Counted from the first letter of the stretch, positions 40,901 to 51,591 are shown. The stretch: DNA of 64,000 nt from Dehalococcoidia bacterium (GCA_965197645.1 OZ240219.1:1440001-1504000); one strand, 5' to 3'. Notes: a model not told the origin generated them from the sequence alone. Numbers and translations are program-made.

Positions 40901-41601
40901 AGGGTGCGATTGTTGTCGTTGACCGTGGTATTGGTCTGGATGCAGAGGAGTAGGTCCTGGATGCTTGCGTCTTCCCGGTGGATGTAGTGGACGTCGTTGG
41001 TGGCCACCAGCGGGATGTCCAGCTCCCTGGCTATCGGCCCCAGCCCCTTGTTTATCTCGGTCAGGATGTCCAGGTTCTCGTGCTCCTGGATCTCAAGGAA
41101 GTAATTGCTATCGAAAACCTCCCGGTACCACTTGATCGTCTCGATAGCCTCGTCAACCTGGCCCCCGGAAATCAGCCGGGGTACCTCGGCAGTGGGGCAC
41201 CCGGAGAGGACGATCAGCCCTTCGTGGTGCTGCTCCAGGAGCTCCCTATCGATCCTCGGCTTGTAGTAGAAACCCTCCAGGTGGGCCTTGGTGATGAGCT
41301 GGATAAGGTTGCTGTAGCCGGTCTGGTTCTTGGCCAGAAGAGTGAGATGGTAAGGGCTCTTGTCGCTGGACTCCCTGGAGGTACGGCTGCCCGATGCGAC
41401 GTAGGTCTCGCAGCCGATGATCGGTTTGACGCCGGCGTTCTTGGCGGCCGAATAGAAGTCGACGGCGCTGTATAGAGCGCCGTGATCGGTGACGGCGATG
41501 CTCTCCATCCCCAGCTGCTTGGCCCGCTCCATCAACGGGTCAATACGACATAGCCCGTCCAGGAGGCTGTACTCGGTATGTAGGTGGAGGTGTGTGTACA
41601 A
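37942..41601 (-). CDS. dnaE: DNA polymerase III alpha subunit
   Basis: THLHLHTEYSLLDG, TDHG, TNDVHY, RGSAA.S, FERFLN.ER..MPDID.D, LLKMDFLGL, YAFNKAHS and an OB fold. TTG 41601 preferred because ATG 41631 overlaps a TGcTATAAT promoter element. Confidence 0.98.
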   Translation of the reverse strand: MYTHLHLHTEYSLLDGLCRIDPLMERAKQLGMESIAVTDHGALYSAVDFYSAAKNAGVKPIIGCETYVASGSRTSRESSDKSPYHLTLLAKNQTGYSNLIQLITKAHLEGFYYKPRIDRELLEQHHEGLIVLSGCPTAEVPRLISGGQVDEAIETIKWYREVFDSNYFLEIQEHENLDILTEINKGLGPIARELDIPLVATNDVHYIHREDASIQDLLLCIQTNTTVNDNNRTLKMSDDSLYLKSPQEMSDLFSEMPDAVSNTMKIADACDISMEFNKLRLPLYQTPNGEDADEYLEEVCREGLRWRYPDAGEDVHRRLAYELDVIRTTQFANYFLVVRDIIEFTRKSEILFGVRGSAAASLVLYCLGVTDVDPMEYRLVFERFLNIERKEMPDIDLDFQDDRRDEVIKYVTQKYGYDHVAQIVTFGTLGARGSLRDVGRALGLPYPDVDRVARMVPFGAKTISEALDNSVELSDTYAKDPPYRDLIDKAQKLEGVARHASTHAAGVVISQEPLTDYVPLQRASKGDGNDIAVTQFAMEPIAKLGLLKMDFLGLINLTILGKALEFMAQTSGVRTELQDIPLDDKATFDLLSTGETTGIFQLESAGMRRHIKELKPNSVNDVSAMIALYRPGPMEHISTFIQAKHGKEPQYPDPVLKDILRETYGVIVYQDQVLHILQTFAGYSLGQADIVRKAMGKKIASLMREERDNFMRGATGKGFTEESAKEMFNLIEPFAGYAFNKAHSVSYAMIAYWTAYLKANRPAEFMTALLSCNLGQSDKTASAVAECQRLGIPVLGPDINHSGIGFIIDAGETESPAIRFGLSAVKNVGAGAVAPVLEVRDSEGPFESIEDLCRKADLRNLNKRALESLVKVGALDSLEDRGALLGGVDRILSASQREWDLKGSGQATMFDMLGDSVPIPVPSLELEKSPVTGAEKEAWEKELLGTPLSESRTRVALRKVDTSTVTLCNDVTPEIRNKRVTVVGEVTSIRTIMTRKNEMFAKAVLSDISGNAEVIAWPDVYSRTEGLWAEGQLLIIKGKVKSGRDEDEISVYSDSVEVYLPPADEEESESEPEPVHPLPEKPLIPPSNGDVPLPPPEVSVAEEPADSFPSPAPDVDVQPETVPETPSETEAAPADSPRTVTVRIKATGDEPADVETVRRVISLLRGHPGNDRVTLEIVEQGTTTRLQMPDAGISYDPPFHKLLVNMLSEDAISLGPTVQ

Positions 41602-41750
41602 GGGCCGAAAAGGTTGGAGATTCGTTGTCATTATAGCACTCGATATCTCGCACCCTTTCTCGGATTAATTGCGTTTTTCGAGCGCTTTTCAATGCGTCCG
41701 GTTCGTTGACACTCCCATAGCACTCTGCGAACATTGAACCAGCTACGAAT

Positions 41751-42704
41751 GTGAGGAGTGCCTTGATTCTGGTTACCGGGTCCACGGGATACGTGGGCCG
41801 CCGCATAGTACAGAGGCTGGTGGAGGAAGGACAACCGGTGCGATGCCTTGTGCGGTCCACGTCGGACCGGACGGTCGTCGAGGGTCTGGGCGTTGAAACC
41901 CGGCAAGGAGACGTGACCGACCTCCCCTCTCTGAAGTCAGCCTGCGAAGGCGTGGACTCGGTGGTACATACGGTTGCCATCATCCGAGAGCGTGGCAAGG
42001 CCACCTTCGATGCTGTCAATCATATGGGCACTCGTAACGTGGCGGAGGCGGCCCGGGAGGCGGGCGTCGGCCGGCTGGTCCACCTGAGCGCCATCGGCGC
42101 CGGGCCGGACACCCGTTACCCCTATCTCTACTCCAAGTGGCAGGCCGAGGAGGCCGTACGTGAGAGCCAAGTCCCCCACGTCATATTGCGGTACTCCATC
42201 ATCTTTGGACCGGGCGACGAGTTCATCAACGCGCTGGCGGCTGTCGTGAAACTGGCGCCGGTCACGCCTATAATCGGGTCTGGGAAGACCGCTTTCCAAC
42301 CGATTCACGTGGAAGACGCCGCTCGATGCGCTAGCCTGGCATTGAGAGATGAGGGTCTGCTGGGCGAGGTCCTAGAGGTCGGGGGGCCGGACCGGCTCAG
42401 CTACCGGCAGATAGTAGACGCTATAATCAGTTCACTGGGAGTCCGGCGAATCAAGGCTCGGGTGCCGGTAAATCTGATGAAGCTGGCGGCGCCCCTCCTT
42501 GGTGTAGTCGTCCCCCACCCTCCCATTACGCCGACCCAGCTGGCGATGATAGGGCTGGACAACGTCGCCGAGCCGGACTCGGTAGAACGGCATTTCGGAT
42601 TCACGTCCCGGCATCTGGAGGGCAACATCGAGTACATAGTAGAAATAGGATGGCGGGAGGCGGCGGCCATCTCCCTGGGACTGAGGTCGGCCAGACGATG
42701 GTAG
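41751..42704 (+). CDS. NAD-dependent epimerase / complex I NDUFA9-like SDR
   Basis: ILVTGSTGYVG, YL.SK..AE, FQPIHVED.A and GGP..L.Y. Confidence 0.88.
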   Translation: MRSALILVTGSTGYVGRRIVQRLVEEGQPVRCLVRSTSDRTVVEGLGVETRQGDVTDLPSLKSACEGVDSVVHTVAIIRERGKATFDAVNHMGTRNVAEAAREAGVGRLVHLSAIGAGPDTRYPYLYSKWQAEEAVRESQVPHVILRYSIIFGPGDEFINALAAVVKLAPVTPIIGSGKTAFQPIHVEDAARCASLALRDEGLLGEVLEVGGPDRLSYRQIVDAIISSLGVRRIKARVPVNLMKLAAPLLGVVVPHPPITPTQLAMIGLDNVAEPDSVERHFGFTSRHLEGNIEYIVEIGWREAAAISLGLRSARRW

Positions 42705-42733
42705 CAACCTCTTATACTTAGTAGATTAGCTAC

Positions 42734-44071
42734 ATGGACTACAAAGCCGCGCTCGAATACATCCTCGGCCTGACCAACTTCGAGAAGTCGCTCAAAGACC
42801 TGTACTCGCCGGGCAACGTGGACCTGGAGAGGGTCAGACTGTTGCTGGCCCGGCTGGGCTCCCCTCATTACGGCCCGGGCATCGTGCACATTGCCGGGAC
42901 CAAGGGGAAGGGCAGCACCGCGGCCATGGTGGCATCGGTGCTCAGGGCGTCGGGTTACAAGACGGGACTGTACACCTCGCCCCACCTTCACACATTCAGA
43001 GAGCGGATCAGGATCGATGGCCGGATGATATCGCAGCACGACTTCGCCAACGGGTTGGCGGAGGTCAAACCGTTCGTCGAGGAGATAAACCGGGAGGCCC
43101 GGTACGGACGGTTGTCCACCTTCGAGGTGCTGACGGTGCTGGCCCTCCTATACTTTCATAAGAAGAAGGCCGAGATAGAGGTGCTGGAGGTTGGGCTGGG
43201 AGGCCGGTTGGATGCGACCAACGTTGTGGACCCGGACGTGGCGGTCATAACATCGATAAGCCGGGACCACACCGAGCTGTTGGGCGAGACTCTGCCGGAG
43301 ATTGCCGGCGAGAAAGCGGGGATCATCAAGCAGGGAAACATCGTCGTTACGGCGCCCCAGGAAGAGGAGGTGGACAGGGTGCTCGACCGGATATGCAAGC
43401 AGCGGGCGGCCCATCGCATCAGTGTGGGGACGGAGATAACCTGGGAGAGCGGCCCCACCGGAATCGAGGGGCAGGAGTTCGTGATCGAGACGCCCCACCG
43501 CAGGTACGATGTCAAGACGCCCCTCCTGGGGGACCATCAGCTGGAGAACGCCGGCGTCGCCATCGGTGTGCTGGAAGTGCTGAAAGCCCAGGGCTGGAAC
43601 ATACCCATGGATGAGATTCGCCGAGGCTTCGAGGATCTGAGCTGGCCGGGCCGTTTCGAAGTGCTGTCGCAGGAGCCGCTTCTTGTCGTGGACGGCGCCC
43701 ACAACGGGGCTTCGGCACGTCGCCTGCGCCAGTCGTTAGACAGGTACTTCGCCGGGCGGAACGTGACGCTGATAGTAGGGATTTCATCCGACAAGAACAT
43801 CGAGGAGATAGTCGCCGAGCTGGCGCCGGTCGCCTCCCGGGTGGTTGTGACCCGGTCCCGGCATCCTCGCGCCGCGCCTGCTGCACAGGTTGCCGCCGCG
43901 TTCCGGGAGGCGGACGTAATTGTCGATGAGGCGGAGAGTGTAGCTGATGCGTTGGAGCTGGCTACCTCGGCCGGGGGACGGGAAGACCTCATCTGCGCCA
44001 CCGGCTCCCTGTTCATCGTTGGCGAGGTAATCCAGGCCGTGAAGAAGGTACCGGCGGAGCAGTACGTCTAG
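42734..44071 (+). CDS. folC: Folylpolyglutamate synthase/dihydrofolate synthase
   Basis: HIAGTKGKGST, YTSPHL..FRERI, EVGLGGRLDATN, EKAGIIK, WPGRFE, DGAHN and GSLF.VG. Confidence 0.96.
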   Translation: MDYKAALEYILGLTNFEKSLKDLYSPGNVDLERVRLLLARLGSPHYGPGIVHIAGTKGKGSTAAMVASVLRASGYKTGLYTSPHLHTFRERIRIDGRMISQHDFANGLAEVKPFVEEINREARYGRLSTFEVLTVLALLYFHKKKAEIEVLEVGLGGRLDATNVVDPDVAVITSISRDHTELLGETLPEIAGEKAGIIKQGNIVVTAPQEEEVDRVLDRICKQRAAHRISVGTEITWESGPTGIEGQEFVIETPHRRYDVKTPLLGDHQLENAGVAIGVLEVLKAQGWNIPMDEIRRGFEDLSWPGRFEVLSQEPLLVVDGAHNGASARRLRQSLDRYFAGRNVTLIVGISSDKNIEEIVAELAPVASRVVVTRSRHPRAAPAAQVAAAFREADVIVDEAESVADALELATSAGGREDLICATGSLFIVGEVIQAVKKVPAEQYV

Positions 44072-44086
44072 CGACAACGGTGTGCA

Positions 44087-45364
44087 ATGAGCAACGCGGA
44101 CACCAAGCTAACAGATCATCGAGGGCGGCCCCGAGTTGTCATAACGGGTACCGGGGCCCTCACTCCCCTGGGTAAGTCCACGGCCGAGTTCTGGCAGGGG
44201 TTGGTCGATGGACGCTCGGGCATCGGACCCATGACACTGGCAGATACGACGGACTTCCCATGCAAGATATCCGGCGAGATACCGGGCTACGACCCAAAAG
44301 ACTACCTGGACTCCAAAGAAGCGCGACGGATGGCCCGGTTCAGCCAGATAGCTGTCATCGCCAGCAGGATGGCGGTGGAGGATGCGCAGCTGGACCTGGG
44401 CGGAGAAGAGCTGGACCGAACAGGAATAGTGCTGGGCAACGGCGCCGGCGGGTTTCCCACCATCGAGGAGGGCGCCCGGACCCTGGTTTCCAAGGGAGGG
44501 ATGCGCATCAACCCCTTCTTCTTCCCGATGATCCTTCCCAACATGGCCGCCTCCCAGGTGAGCCGCACTCTGGGTCTCAAGGGGTATACCTCTACGATAA
44601 CGACCTCCTGCGCCGCCGGCACCCAGGCCGTCGGCGAGGCCATGGAAGTAATTCGACGAGGCGCCGCCGACCTGATGGTTACCGGAGGCGCCGAGGCGGG
44701 TATCAGTCAGCTGGGTCTGGGCGGGTTCAGCGTGATGCGCGCCCTTTCGACTCAGAACGACGACCCGTCCAAGGCCAGCAGGCCCTTCGATGCCAAACGG
44801 GATGGGTTCGTGCCGGCGGAAGGGGCCGGAATCCTGGTCATGGAGACGCTGGAGCACGCATTGAGACGAGAGGCGCCCATACTGGTCGAAGTGTCGGGGT
44901 TTGGCGTCTCTTCGGACGCGTTTCACATGGTACAGCCGGACGAGGCGGGTGTGGGGGCTGTACGAGCTATCCGGTGGTCGCTGGAAGATGCCGGCATGGA
45001 CCCTTCAGAAATCGAGTATATCAACGCCCACGGCACGTCGACTCCCCTGAACGACGCGGTGGAGACGAAAGCGATCAAGAAGGCCTTTGGCGAGCACGCT
45101 TGCCGGGTGCCGATCAGCGCCACGAAATCGATGATAGGACACGCGCTGGGCGCCGCGGGAGGCATGGAGGCCGTAGCCAGCGTCAAGACTATCTTGGAAG
45201 GCGTCATACACCCGACCATCAACTACGAGTTCGCCGACCCGGACTGCGACCTTGACTACGTCCCCAACGAAGCGAGACGCCAGCCGGTGCAGACGGTCCT
45301 ATCCAACAGCTTCGGGTTCGGGGGGCAGAACGCCTGCCTCGTCTTCAAGGCATACGAAGAGTAG
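44087..45364 (+). CDS. fabF: Beta-ketoacyl-ACP synthase II
   Basis: RVVITG.G, T.CA.G (Cys), INAHGTST, KSMIGH and SNSFGFGG.N. Confidence 0.96.
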   Translation: MSNADTKLTDHRGRPRVVITGTGALTPLGKSTAEFWQGLVDGRSGIGPMTLADTTDFPCKISGEIPGYDPKDYLDSKEARRMARFSQIAVIASRMAVEDAQLDLGGEELDRTGIVLGNGAGGFPTIEEGARTLVSKGGMRINPFFFPMILPNMAASQVSRTLGLKGYTSTITTSCAAGTQAVGEAMEVIRRGAADLMVTGGAEAGISQLGLGGFSVMRALSTQNDDPSKASRPFDAKRDGFVPAEGAGILVMETLEHALRREAPILVEVSGFGVSSDAFHMVQPDEAGVGAVRAIRWSLEDAGMDPSEIEYINAHGTSTPLNDAVETKAIKKAFGEHACRVPISATKSMIGHALGAAGGMEAVASVKTILEGVIHPTINYEFADPDCDLDYVPNEARRQPVQTVLSNSFGFGGQNACLVFKAYEE

Positions 45365-45392
45365 GCCGCGGCGTAATGTCTGTGGCCGGGTG

Positions 45393-45650
45393 CTAACCGG
45401 CCGGTGAGTCGACGGAAGTGGACTGGGGTACCATTACCCCTAGCAGCCTTTCCAGGGCCATGGTATGGCTGCAGGTTTTCCAGGACGCAAAGAAGCTACA
45501 GTCGCAATGCCACTTCTTATCGCGAAGGCTGATCTCGTGAGAGCTGTTCTCTCCCCTGAAGGAAGCCTTCAGCTCAGAAAACTTAATACGCTCGGGCTCT
45601 TCGGCATACCGCTTGGCCTTCTCGATCTTTCCGATGAGGCTGGACTGCAT
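45393..45650 (-). CDS. Small SWIM-type zinc-finger protein
   Basis: MQSSLIGKIEKAKRYA.E..R and W.C.C.FF....TCSH (CxC..CxH); GGAGG RBS. Confidence 0.8.
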   Translation of the reverse strand: MQSSLIGKIEKAKRYAEEPERIKFSELKASFRGENSSHEISLRDKKWHCDCSFFASWKTCSHTMALERLLGVMVPQSTSVDSPAG

Positions 45651-45799
45651 GGCACCTCCTTACACATCCAATAACGGCTTGGGACCCCTAAGGATATTTT
45701 AATTGTAGGGGGATAGTTGGTCAACGAAACTATCTTGACCGACCGGCTGACAACCTACTACGAAATGCGGCCAATGCCCCAAGATGCAATCAATGGTTG

Positions 45800-45828
45800 T
45801 TGACACCTCATCCGACCCTACCTATAAT
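45800..45828 (+). promoter_or_regulatory. Consensus sigma70 promoter upstream of pyrG
   Basis: TTGACA-17 nt-TATAAT, a perfect consensus. Confidence 0.85.
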
Positions 45829-46093
45829 CCACCGCAAGGAACCCGTTGATGCCACGGTCTCCCAAGAACCAGCAAGGTCTCTCCCTCTTTACCGGCATCG
45901 CTTCCTCTAATGCGTTTTCAGTGGTTCGGAGCGCCCTATTAACTCGGTCTACTCGCGATTGAGTCCCAAAGGAATAGGACCCTCGAGCTCCCGGGCAACC
46001 TGCGTAAACACCGGGCGAGCTAACCGCCCCTCCTCTCCTCGTTGCGCGTTCTCGCGTAGATTTCGCTTCAATACTCTTCAAAGCTGAGGTTCA

Positions 46094-47740
46094 ATGACCA
46101 AGTTCATATTCGTTACAGGCGGCGTGGTTAGCTCCGTTGGCAAGGGGGTTACGGTGGCCTCCATCGGCCGGATTCTCAAGAGCCACGAGATTTCCGTCTC
46201 TGTGCAGAAGCTGGACCCCTACCTGAACGTCGATCCGGGCACCATGTCTCCGTATCAGCACGGAGAAGTGTTCGTCACCAGCGACGGTGCCGAAACGGAC
46301 CTCGATCTGGGCCACTATGAGCGCTTCATAGACTTGGATCTCACTAAGTCCTCCAACGTCACCGCCGGGGACATATACAGCTCGGTGATATCCAAGGAAC
46401 GGAGAGGCGACTTCCTCGGCGGGACCATCCAGGCCGTCCCCCACGTCACCAACGAGATAAAGGCCCGTATGCGCAGTCTGGCCGAGGAATCGGAAGCGGC
46501 GGTGGTGATAGTTGAGGTGGGAGGCACCGTAGGTGACATAGAGAGCCAACCCTTCCTGGAAGCCATAAGGCAGATGAGGAACGATATCGGCCGTGAGAAC
46601 GCCCTCAACATACACGTCACCCTGCTTCCCTACATCTCCGCTACGGGCGAGCTGAAGACCAAGCCGACCCAGCACTCGGTGAAAGAGATGCGCAGTATAG
46701 GACTTCAGCCCGACGTCATTATCTGTCGCAGCGACTATCCGGTACCCCCAGACGTCAACGAAAAGATCGCCCTGTTCTGCGACGTGGAGCAGCAGGCCGT
46801 CATCGCCGCTCCGACGGTGGAGACGATTTACGAAGTGCCTTTACTACTTCAGGGACAGGGGTTGGGAGATCTGGTAATCGATCGGTTGTCACTGCCCAAG
46901 GGAGAGCCGGACCTCGAGGAGTGGAGAGACCTCGTAGACAGGATCAAAGCTCCCAAAGATCCCATACCCATCGCGGTAGTGGGGAAGTACGTGGAGCTGC
47001 CTGACGCCTACACGTCCGTGAGAGAGGCGCTGTATCACGCGGGGCTTCACCACCAGCGAAACATCGATATCTCCTGGATCCACTCGGAGGACCTGGAAAA
47101 CGGCAGCTGCGAAGAGTACCTTCGATCGGTTAGGGGCATCGTAGTGCCCGGAGGGTTCGGGCCCCGGGGCATAGAGGGTATGATCAGGGCCGCCCACTAT
47201 GCCCGGAAGTACGAAATTCCCTACCTTGGTCTGTGTCTTGGAATGCAAGTCATGGTGATAGAGTTCGCTCGACACGTGCTCGAATCCGCTGAGCCGAACT
47301 CCACGGAGTTTGACCTCGAGACCGATGAACCGGTTATATACCTATTGCCGGACCAGAAGGACGTCACCAACAAGGGCGGCACCATGCGCTTAGGTTCCTA
47401 TCCCTGCCGGGCCGTGTCCAAGACCCTAGCAGGTCAGGCCTATGGCGACGAGGTGGCGCAGGAGCGTCATCGGCACCGGTTCGAGTTCAACAACGACTAT
47501 GTAGATCGGCTGGGCGAAGAGGGCTTGGTTTTCAGCGGCCTTTCGCCGGATGGGAACCTGGTGGAGATAGCTGAGCTTCGCGGGCACCCGTTCATGCTGG
47601 GCTGCCAGTTCCACCCGGAGTTCAAGTCCCGGCCCAATTTCCCCCACCCACTATTTCGAAGTTTCATCGGAGCCGCCAAGATGAAGCTGCGGGAAGGCGG
47701 CCAGCACCCTCTCCCGGTATCCGAGGAGGTCCAAGCGTAG
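46094..47740 (+). CDS. pyrG: CTP synthase
   Basis: [55 protein letters not shown] and QFHPE. Confidence 0.99.
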   Translation: MTKFIFVTGGVVSSVGKGVTVASIGRILKSHEISVSVQKLDPYLNVDPGTMSPYQHGEVFVTSDGAETDLDLGHYERFIDLDLTKSSNVTAGDIYSSVISKERRGDFLGGTIQAVPHVTNEIKARMRSLAEESEAAVVIVEVGGTVGDIESQPFLEAIRQMRNDIGRENALNIHVTLLPYISATGELKTKPTQHSVKEMRSIGLQPDVIICRSDYPVPPDVNEKIALFCDVEQQAVIAAPTVETIYEVPLLLQGQGLGDLVIDRLSLPKGEPDLEEWRDLVDRIKAPKDPIPIAVVGKYVELPDAYTSVREALYHAGLHHQRNIDISWIHSEDLENGSCEEYLRSVRGIVVPGGFGPRGIEGMIRAAHYARKYEIPYLGLCLGMQVMVIEFARHVLESAEPNSTEFDLETDEPVIYLLPDQKDVTNKGGTMRLGSYPCRAVSKTLAGQAYGDEVAQERHRHRFEFNNDYVDRLGEEGLVFSGLSPDGNLVEIAELRGHPFMLGCQFHPEFKSRPNFPHPLFRSFIGAAKMKLREGGQHPLPVSEEVQA

Positions 47741-47758
47741 ACGGAGTATTGCGTCCCG

Positions 47759-47767
47759 TGATACAAT
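47759..47767 (+). promoter_or_regulatory. Extended -10 promoter upstream of the rho leader
   Basis: TGATACAAT, with TAGACG 18 nt upstream. Confidence 0.5.
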
Positions 47768-48143
47768 AGCTTCGAGGCTCTAGTACAACGCAACTCCAGA
47801 CAGAACTCGTTCGGGCCTCGATACCGACAACTCTCTTCAATTCCTTCCGACTTACCAGAGCACATCACTTTACCGCAAGTCAGCCATACCGGTATACGGT
47901 GTTAGCGCTCGACCGTTGACAAAAACAGCAGGATGGTCGCGCATTGGGTTCCGGGCCGCGGTCAGCCGTACTCACGGATAGATACAAGGTAAGCGTCGAT
48001 TGCGGATCCATCACCCTCTACAGGCAAGGCGGGAGCCACCGCAGGGATGCAGGTGTGAAAGTCGCCCTTGCTTCCAAGGAAACTAGGCGAAACCAAGTTG
48101 TTTACCGATACCGATAGGCAGAAGGAAGTAGAAGCAGAGGAAA

Positions 48144-49427
48144 ATGACCACTCAAGTTGAACGCATAGACATAGCGGCCCTGGAATCCCGGAGTCGAGAA
48201 GAGCTGATGGACCTGGCTCGGGAGGCCAACATCAGCGGCTACGTAGGCCTGCGTAAAGAGGAGCTGGTCTTCAAGCTGCTCCCAACGAAGACCGACAACC
48301 AGGTAGCCATCATCAGCGGCGGCATACTGGAGTTGGTGGACGATGGTTACGGGTTCCTTCGCCACGACGGCCTGCGACCCGGTGTGAACGATGTCTACGT
48401 GTCCCAGTCCCAGATCCGCCGCTTCGGGCTCCGCACCGGCGACCGAGTTTCCGGCCAGGTGAGGCCTCCGAAGAACGGCGAGAAGTACTACGGCCTATTG
48501 CGGGTGGAATCGGTCAACAGTATGGAGCCCGACGTCGCCAAGGGCCGCCCCGCTTTCGATGACCTGACCCCCATCTTCCCCGAACAGCTGGTCAACTTGG
48601 AGGAGGCCGACGGCGATCTTTCCTGCAGGCTGCTGATGATGCTTTCGCCAGTAGGCCGCGGCCAGCGGGGCCTGATAGTTTCGCCGCCCAAGGCCGGCAA
48701 GACCATCCTTCTCAAGCAGATCGCCAACGGCATGGCAGCCAACCACGATGATCTTCGTCTCATGGTTGTCCTGATCGGTGAGCGGCCCGAAGAGGTCACC
48801 GACATGAAGCGCTCCGTCAAGGGGGAGGTGATAAGCTCCACCTTCGACGAACCCGTAGAAGACCACACCAAGGTCGCCGAAGTGGCTTTGGAGCGGGCCA
48901 AGCGGCTGGTGGAGTGCGGCGAGGACGTGGTGATATTGCTCGATAGCATCACCCGGCTCACCCGGGCTTACAATCTAGCCATTCCCACCAGCGGCAGGAC
49001 CCTCTCCGGCGGCATCGATCCGGTAGCGCTGTACCCTCCCAAACACTTCTTCGGCGCCGCCCGCAAGTGCGAGGAGGGCGGAAGTCTCACCATACTGGGC
49101 ACCTGCCTCGTCGATACGGGCAGCCGCATGGACGAGGTGATCTACGAGGAGTTCAAGGGCACCGGCAACATGGAGGTCCACCTGGACCGGAAGCTGGCCG
49201 AGCGAAGGATATTCCCCGCCATCGACATTCAGAAGTCGGGCACCAGGCGTGAGGAGAAGCTGCTTGCGCCCGACACTTTGAAGCAGGTGTGGCTGCTGCG
49301 CAGAATGGTCTCCATGATCAGCAACGACCCGACCAGCTACTCCGAGGCCACCGGCAAGGTTCTCGAGCGATTGGCCAAGACCTCCACCAACGCCGAGTTC
49401 CTGACCAATCTCACCAGGGAAGCCTAG
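48144..49427 (+). CDS. rho: Transcription termination factor Rho
   Basis: [60 protein letters not shown] and EFKGTGNME. Confidence 0.99.
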   Translation: MTTQVERIDIAALESRSREELMDLAREANISGYVGLRKEELVFKLLPTKTDNQVAIISGGILELVDDGYGFLRHDGLRPGVNDVYVSQSQIRRFGLRTGDRVSGQVRPPKNGEKYYGLLRVESVNSMEPDVAKGRPAFDDLTPIFPEQLVNLEEADGDLSCRLLMMLSPVGRGQRGLIVSPPKAGKTILLKQIANGMAANHDDLRLMVVLIGERPEEVTDMKRSVKGEVISSTFDEPVEDHTKVAEVALERAKRLVECGEDVVILLDSITRLTRAYNLAIPTSGRTLSGGIDPVALYPPKHFFGAARKCEEGGSLTILGTCLVDTGSRMDEVIYEEFKGTGNMEVHLDRKLAERRIFPAIDIQKSGTRREEKLLAPDTLKQVWLLRRMVSMISNDPTSYSEATGKVLERLAKTSTNAEFLTNLTREA

Positions 49428-49441
49428 CCCCCACCCCCACT

Positions 49442-49490
49442 GTCATTCCGTGTCCATCGAGGAGTTCTCTTTGCCGGAGCGTGGCAATCT
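49442..49490 (+). repeat. REP-like dispersed repeat (GTCATT..G...GGCAATCT family)
   Basis: 41/49 match to the reverse complement of 28041-28089. Confidence 0.8.
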
Positions 49491-49825
49491 TGTGGGGGTG
49501 CCCCCAACGTAAGTCCTCCCTCCCACCCGTCCCGGATTGCATCCGCCAGCTCCCTACCCTCCGACTGAGATTACCAAGCCAATCACTCATTGGCCTGGCA
49601 ACAACGGTTTGCGGGAGCCTGTGGACTCCATCCGGGGAAGGTAATTCACCTGAGAGACAAAACCAACCTGCGTGGGGCGGTTGTGTTATCATCACCCTGG
49701 CGGTTTCGCCAATCTCTTTGGTGTGTTTCAAGGTGTCTAACTAACCCGGTGTCTGAGCTAGTCTGCAACCCGATAGGCCCGTTCTCCGTACGGAGTGGTG
49801 CCCAGACGTTCAGAAGGGCCGGCCT

Positions 49826-50287
49826 GTGACCCTCAAGCTGGCCATAGGCGCCGACCACGGCGGCTATCCCCTGAAAATCGAGCTGGTGCCCTGGCTCCAG
49901 ACCCAAGGGTACGAGGTGACGGACAAGGGTGCTCACCGCCTCGATCCTGCCGATGACTACCCAGATTTCGCCGATGCCGTTGCCGTGGCGATAGCTGCCG
50001 GAGAGGCCGACCGCGGCCTCATCATCTGCGGCAGCGGAGTCGGCGCCTGCATAGCGGCAAACAAGGTCCCGGGCGTGCGTGCGTGCCTCTGCCAGGATAC
50101 CTACTCGGCCCACCAGGGGGTGGAGCACGATGACATGAACGTCCTGTGCCTGGGCGCCCGCATCACGGGAATCGAGCTGGCCAAGGAGCTGGTCGCCTCC
50201 TTTCTCAACGCCAGGTTTACTCAGGAAGAGCGGCACAAGAGACGCATGGCCAAGCTACTGGAGATCGAGCGAAGAGGGGTCAGCTAG
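49826..50287 (+). CDS. rpiB: Ribose-5-phosphate isomerase B
   Basis: IGADHGG, DDYPD, ICGSGVG..IAANK..GVRA, H.D.NVLCLG.R and RH.RR. Confidence 0.96.
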   Translation: MTLKLAIGADHGGYPLKIELVPWLQTQGYEVTDKGAHRLDPADDYPDFADAVAVAIAAGEADRGLIICGSGVGACIAANKVPGVRACLCQDTYSAHQGVEHDDMNVLCLGARITGIELAKELVASFLNARFTQEERHKRRMAKLLEIERRGVS

Positions 50288-50301
50288 AAGGAGTCCGTTC
50301 A

Positions 50302-51402
50302 ATGACCAATCCCGTTCTTGAAGCCCAGCAATTGGGACAGTCCACCTGGTACGACAACATCAGTCGCGGGCTGATCTCTTCCGGTGGACTACAGCGCATG
50401 TTGGAGTCCGGAGTCACCGGGCTGACCTCCAACCCCTCGATCTTCGAAAAATCGATCTCGGGTACCACGGACTACGACGATGCCCTGAGCGAGCTGGCAA
50501 AACGGAGCGACACCGCCAAGGATATTTTCGAATCGCTGGCTATCGAGGATATCCGGGACGCTGCCGATCTCCTTCGGCCCGTTTACGACCGGACCGGTGG
50601 AGTCGATGGGTACGTATCCCTGGAGGTGGGCCCTGAGCTGGCCCACGATACCGAAGAGACGGTAGCCGAGGCGAGACGTCTGTTCCACGCGGTGGACCGG
50701 CCCAACCTCCTCATCAAGGTGCCGGCCACCCCCGAGGGGATTCCGGCCATCCGTACCCTCATCGGAGAAGGCGTCAACGTCAACGTGACCCTTATCTTTT
50801 CCCTCGACTTCTACCGCGAAGTTCGGGAGGCTTATCTGTCGGGACTGGAGGACCGTCTGAGCAGCGGAAAGGACATAGGCGGCGTGGCTTCCGTGGCATC
50901 CTTCTTCGTCAGCCGTGTGGATAGCGCCGTGGATGCCCTCCTCAGCGACAAGGGGCTTCCGGGCCTTTTCGGCAAGGCCGCCGTGGCCAACTCCAAGCTG
51001 GCCTTCCGCGACTTTCAAGAGACCTTCAACAGCGAGCGTTTCGCTCGATTGAAGGAGCGTGGCGCCATGGTGCAGAGGCTGCTGTGGGGCAGCACCAGCA
51101 CCAAGAACCCCGACTACAGCGATCTCCTGTACGTCGAGGAACTGATAGGGCCCGACACCATCAACACGATGCCCCAGGCCACCCTGGACGCCTACCTGGA
51201 CCACGGCACGGCTCTCTCCACCCTCGGCGAGGGCCTGGAGGAGGCACAGCATACCATCGAGGATCTGGAGGCCGCCGGCATCAGCATGAAGCGGGTCACC
51301 GATCAGCTTCTGGCAGAAGGCGTCAAGGCCTTCGCCGACTCCTTCGATAAGCTGCTGGCCCACATCGAGGACAAGCGGGCCAGTCTCATCGCCGCAAGCT
51401 GA
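50302..51402 (+). CDS. tal: Transaldolase
   Basis: [48 protein letters not shown] and STSTKNP. ATG 50302 follows AAGGAG. Confidence 0.96.
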   Translation: MTNPVLEAQQLGQSTWYDNISRGLISSGGLQRMLESGVTGLTSNPSIFEKSISGTTDYDDALSELAKRSDTAKDIFESLAIEDIRDAADLLRPVYDRTGGVDGYVSLEVGPELAHDTEETVAEARRLFHAVDRPNLLIKVPATPEGIPAIRTLIGEGVNVNVTLIFSLDFYREVREAYLSGLEDRLSSGKDIGGVASVASFFVSRVDSAVDALLSDKGLPGLFGKAAVANSKLAFRDFQETFNSERFARLKERGAMVQRLLWGSTSTKNPDYSDLLYVEELIGPDTINTMPQATLDAYLDHGTALSTLGEGLEEAQHTIEDLEAAGISMKRVTDQLLAEGVKAFADSFDKLLAHIEDKRASLIAAS

Positions 51403-51591
51403 CGCCTCGTCCGGCTTCAGCTATCACGACCGTTATCTCCTCGGAGCCGGTGGGAAACACGGCTCACGCCGGGAAGGGAGCCATGGGGGATGGTCGAGGC
51501 GCACCAGACTGCTTCGCTCCCTTCAACCCCCTCAGGACTAACTACCCCTCGCTGGCAACGACGACCACAGTTGGATTGAATCCATGACTTC

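Noticed and set aside
37942-41631. Intein in dnaE
   Set aside because: The length is ordinary and no intein-like block (C...HN) interrupts the conserved motifs.
47933-47992. 19-codon ORF (MVAHWVPGRGQPYSRIDTR) in the rho leader as a leader peptide
   Set aside because: It has no properly spaced SD or telling amino-acid bias, so it cannot be supported.
50146-50301. N-terminal extension of tal given by the ORF track
   Set aside because: It overlaps rpiB in another frame; ATG 50302 has an SD and matches the family start.
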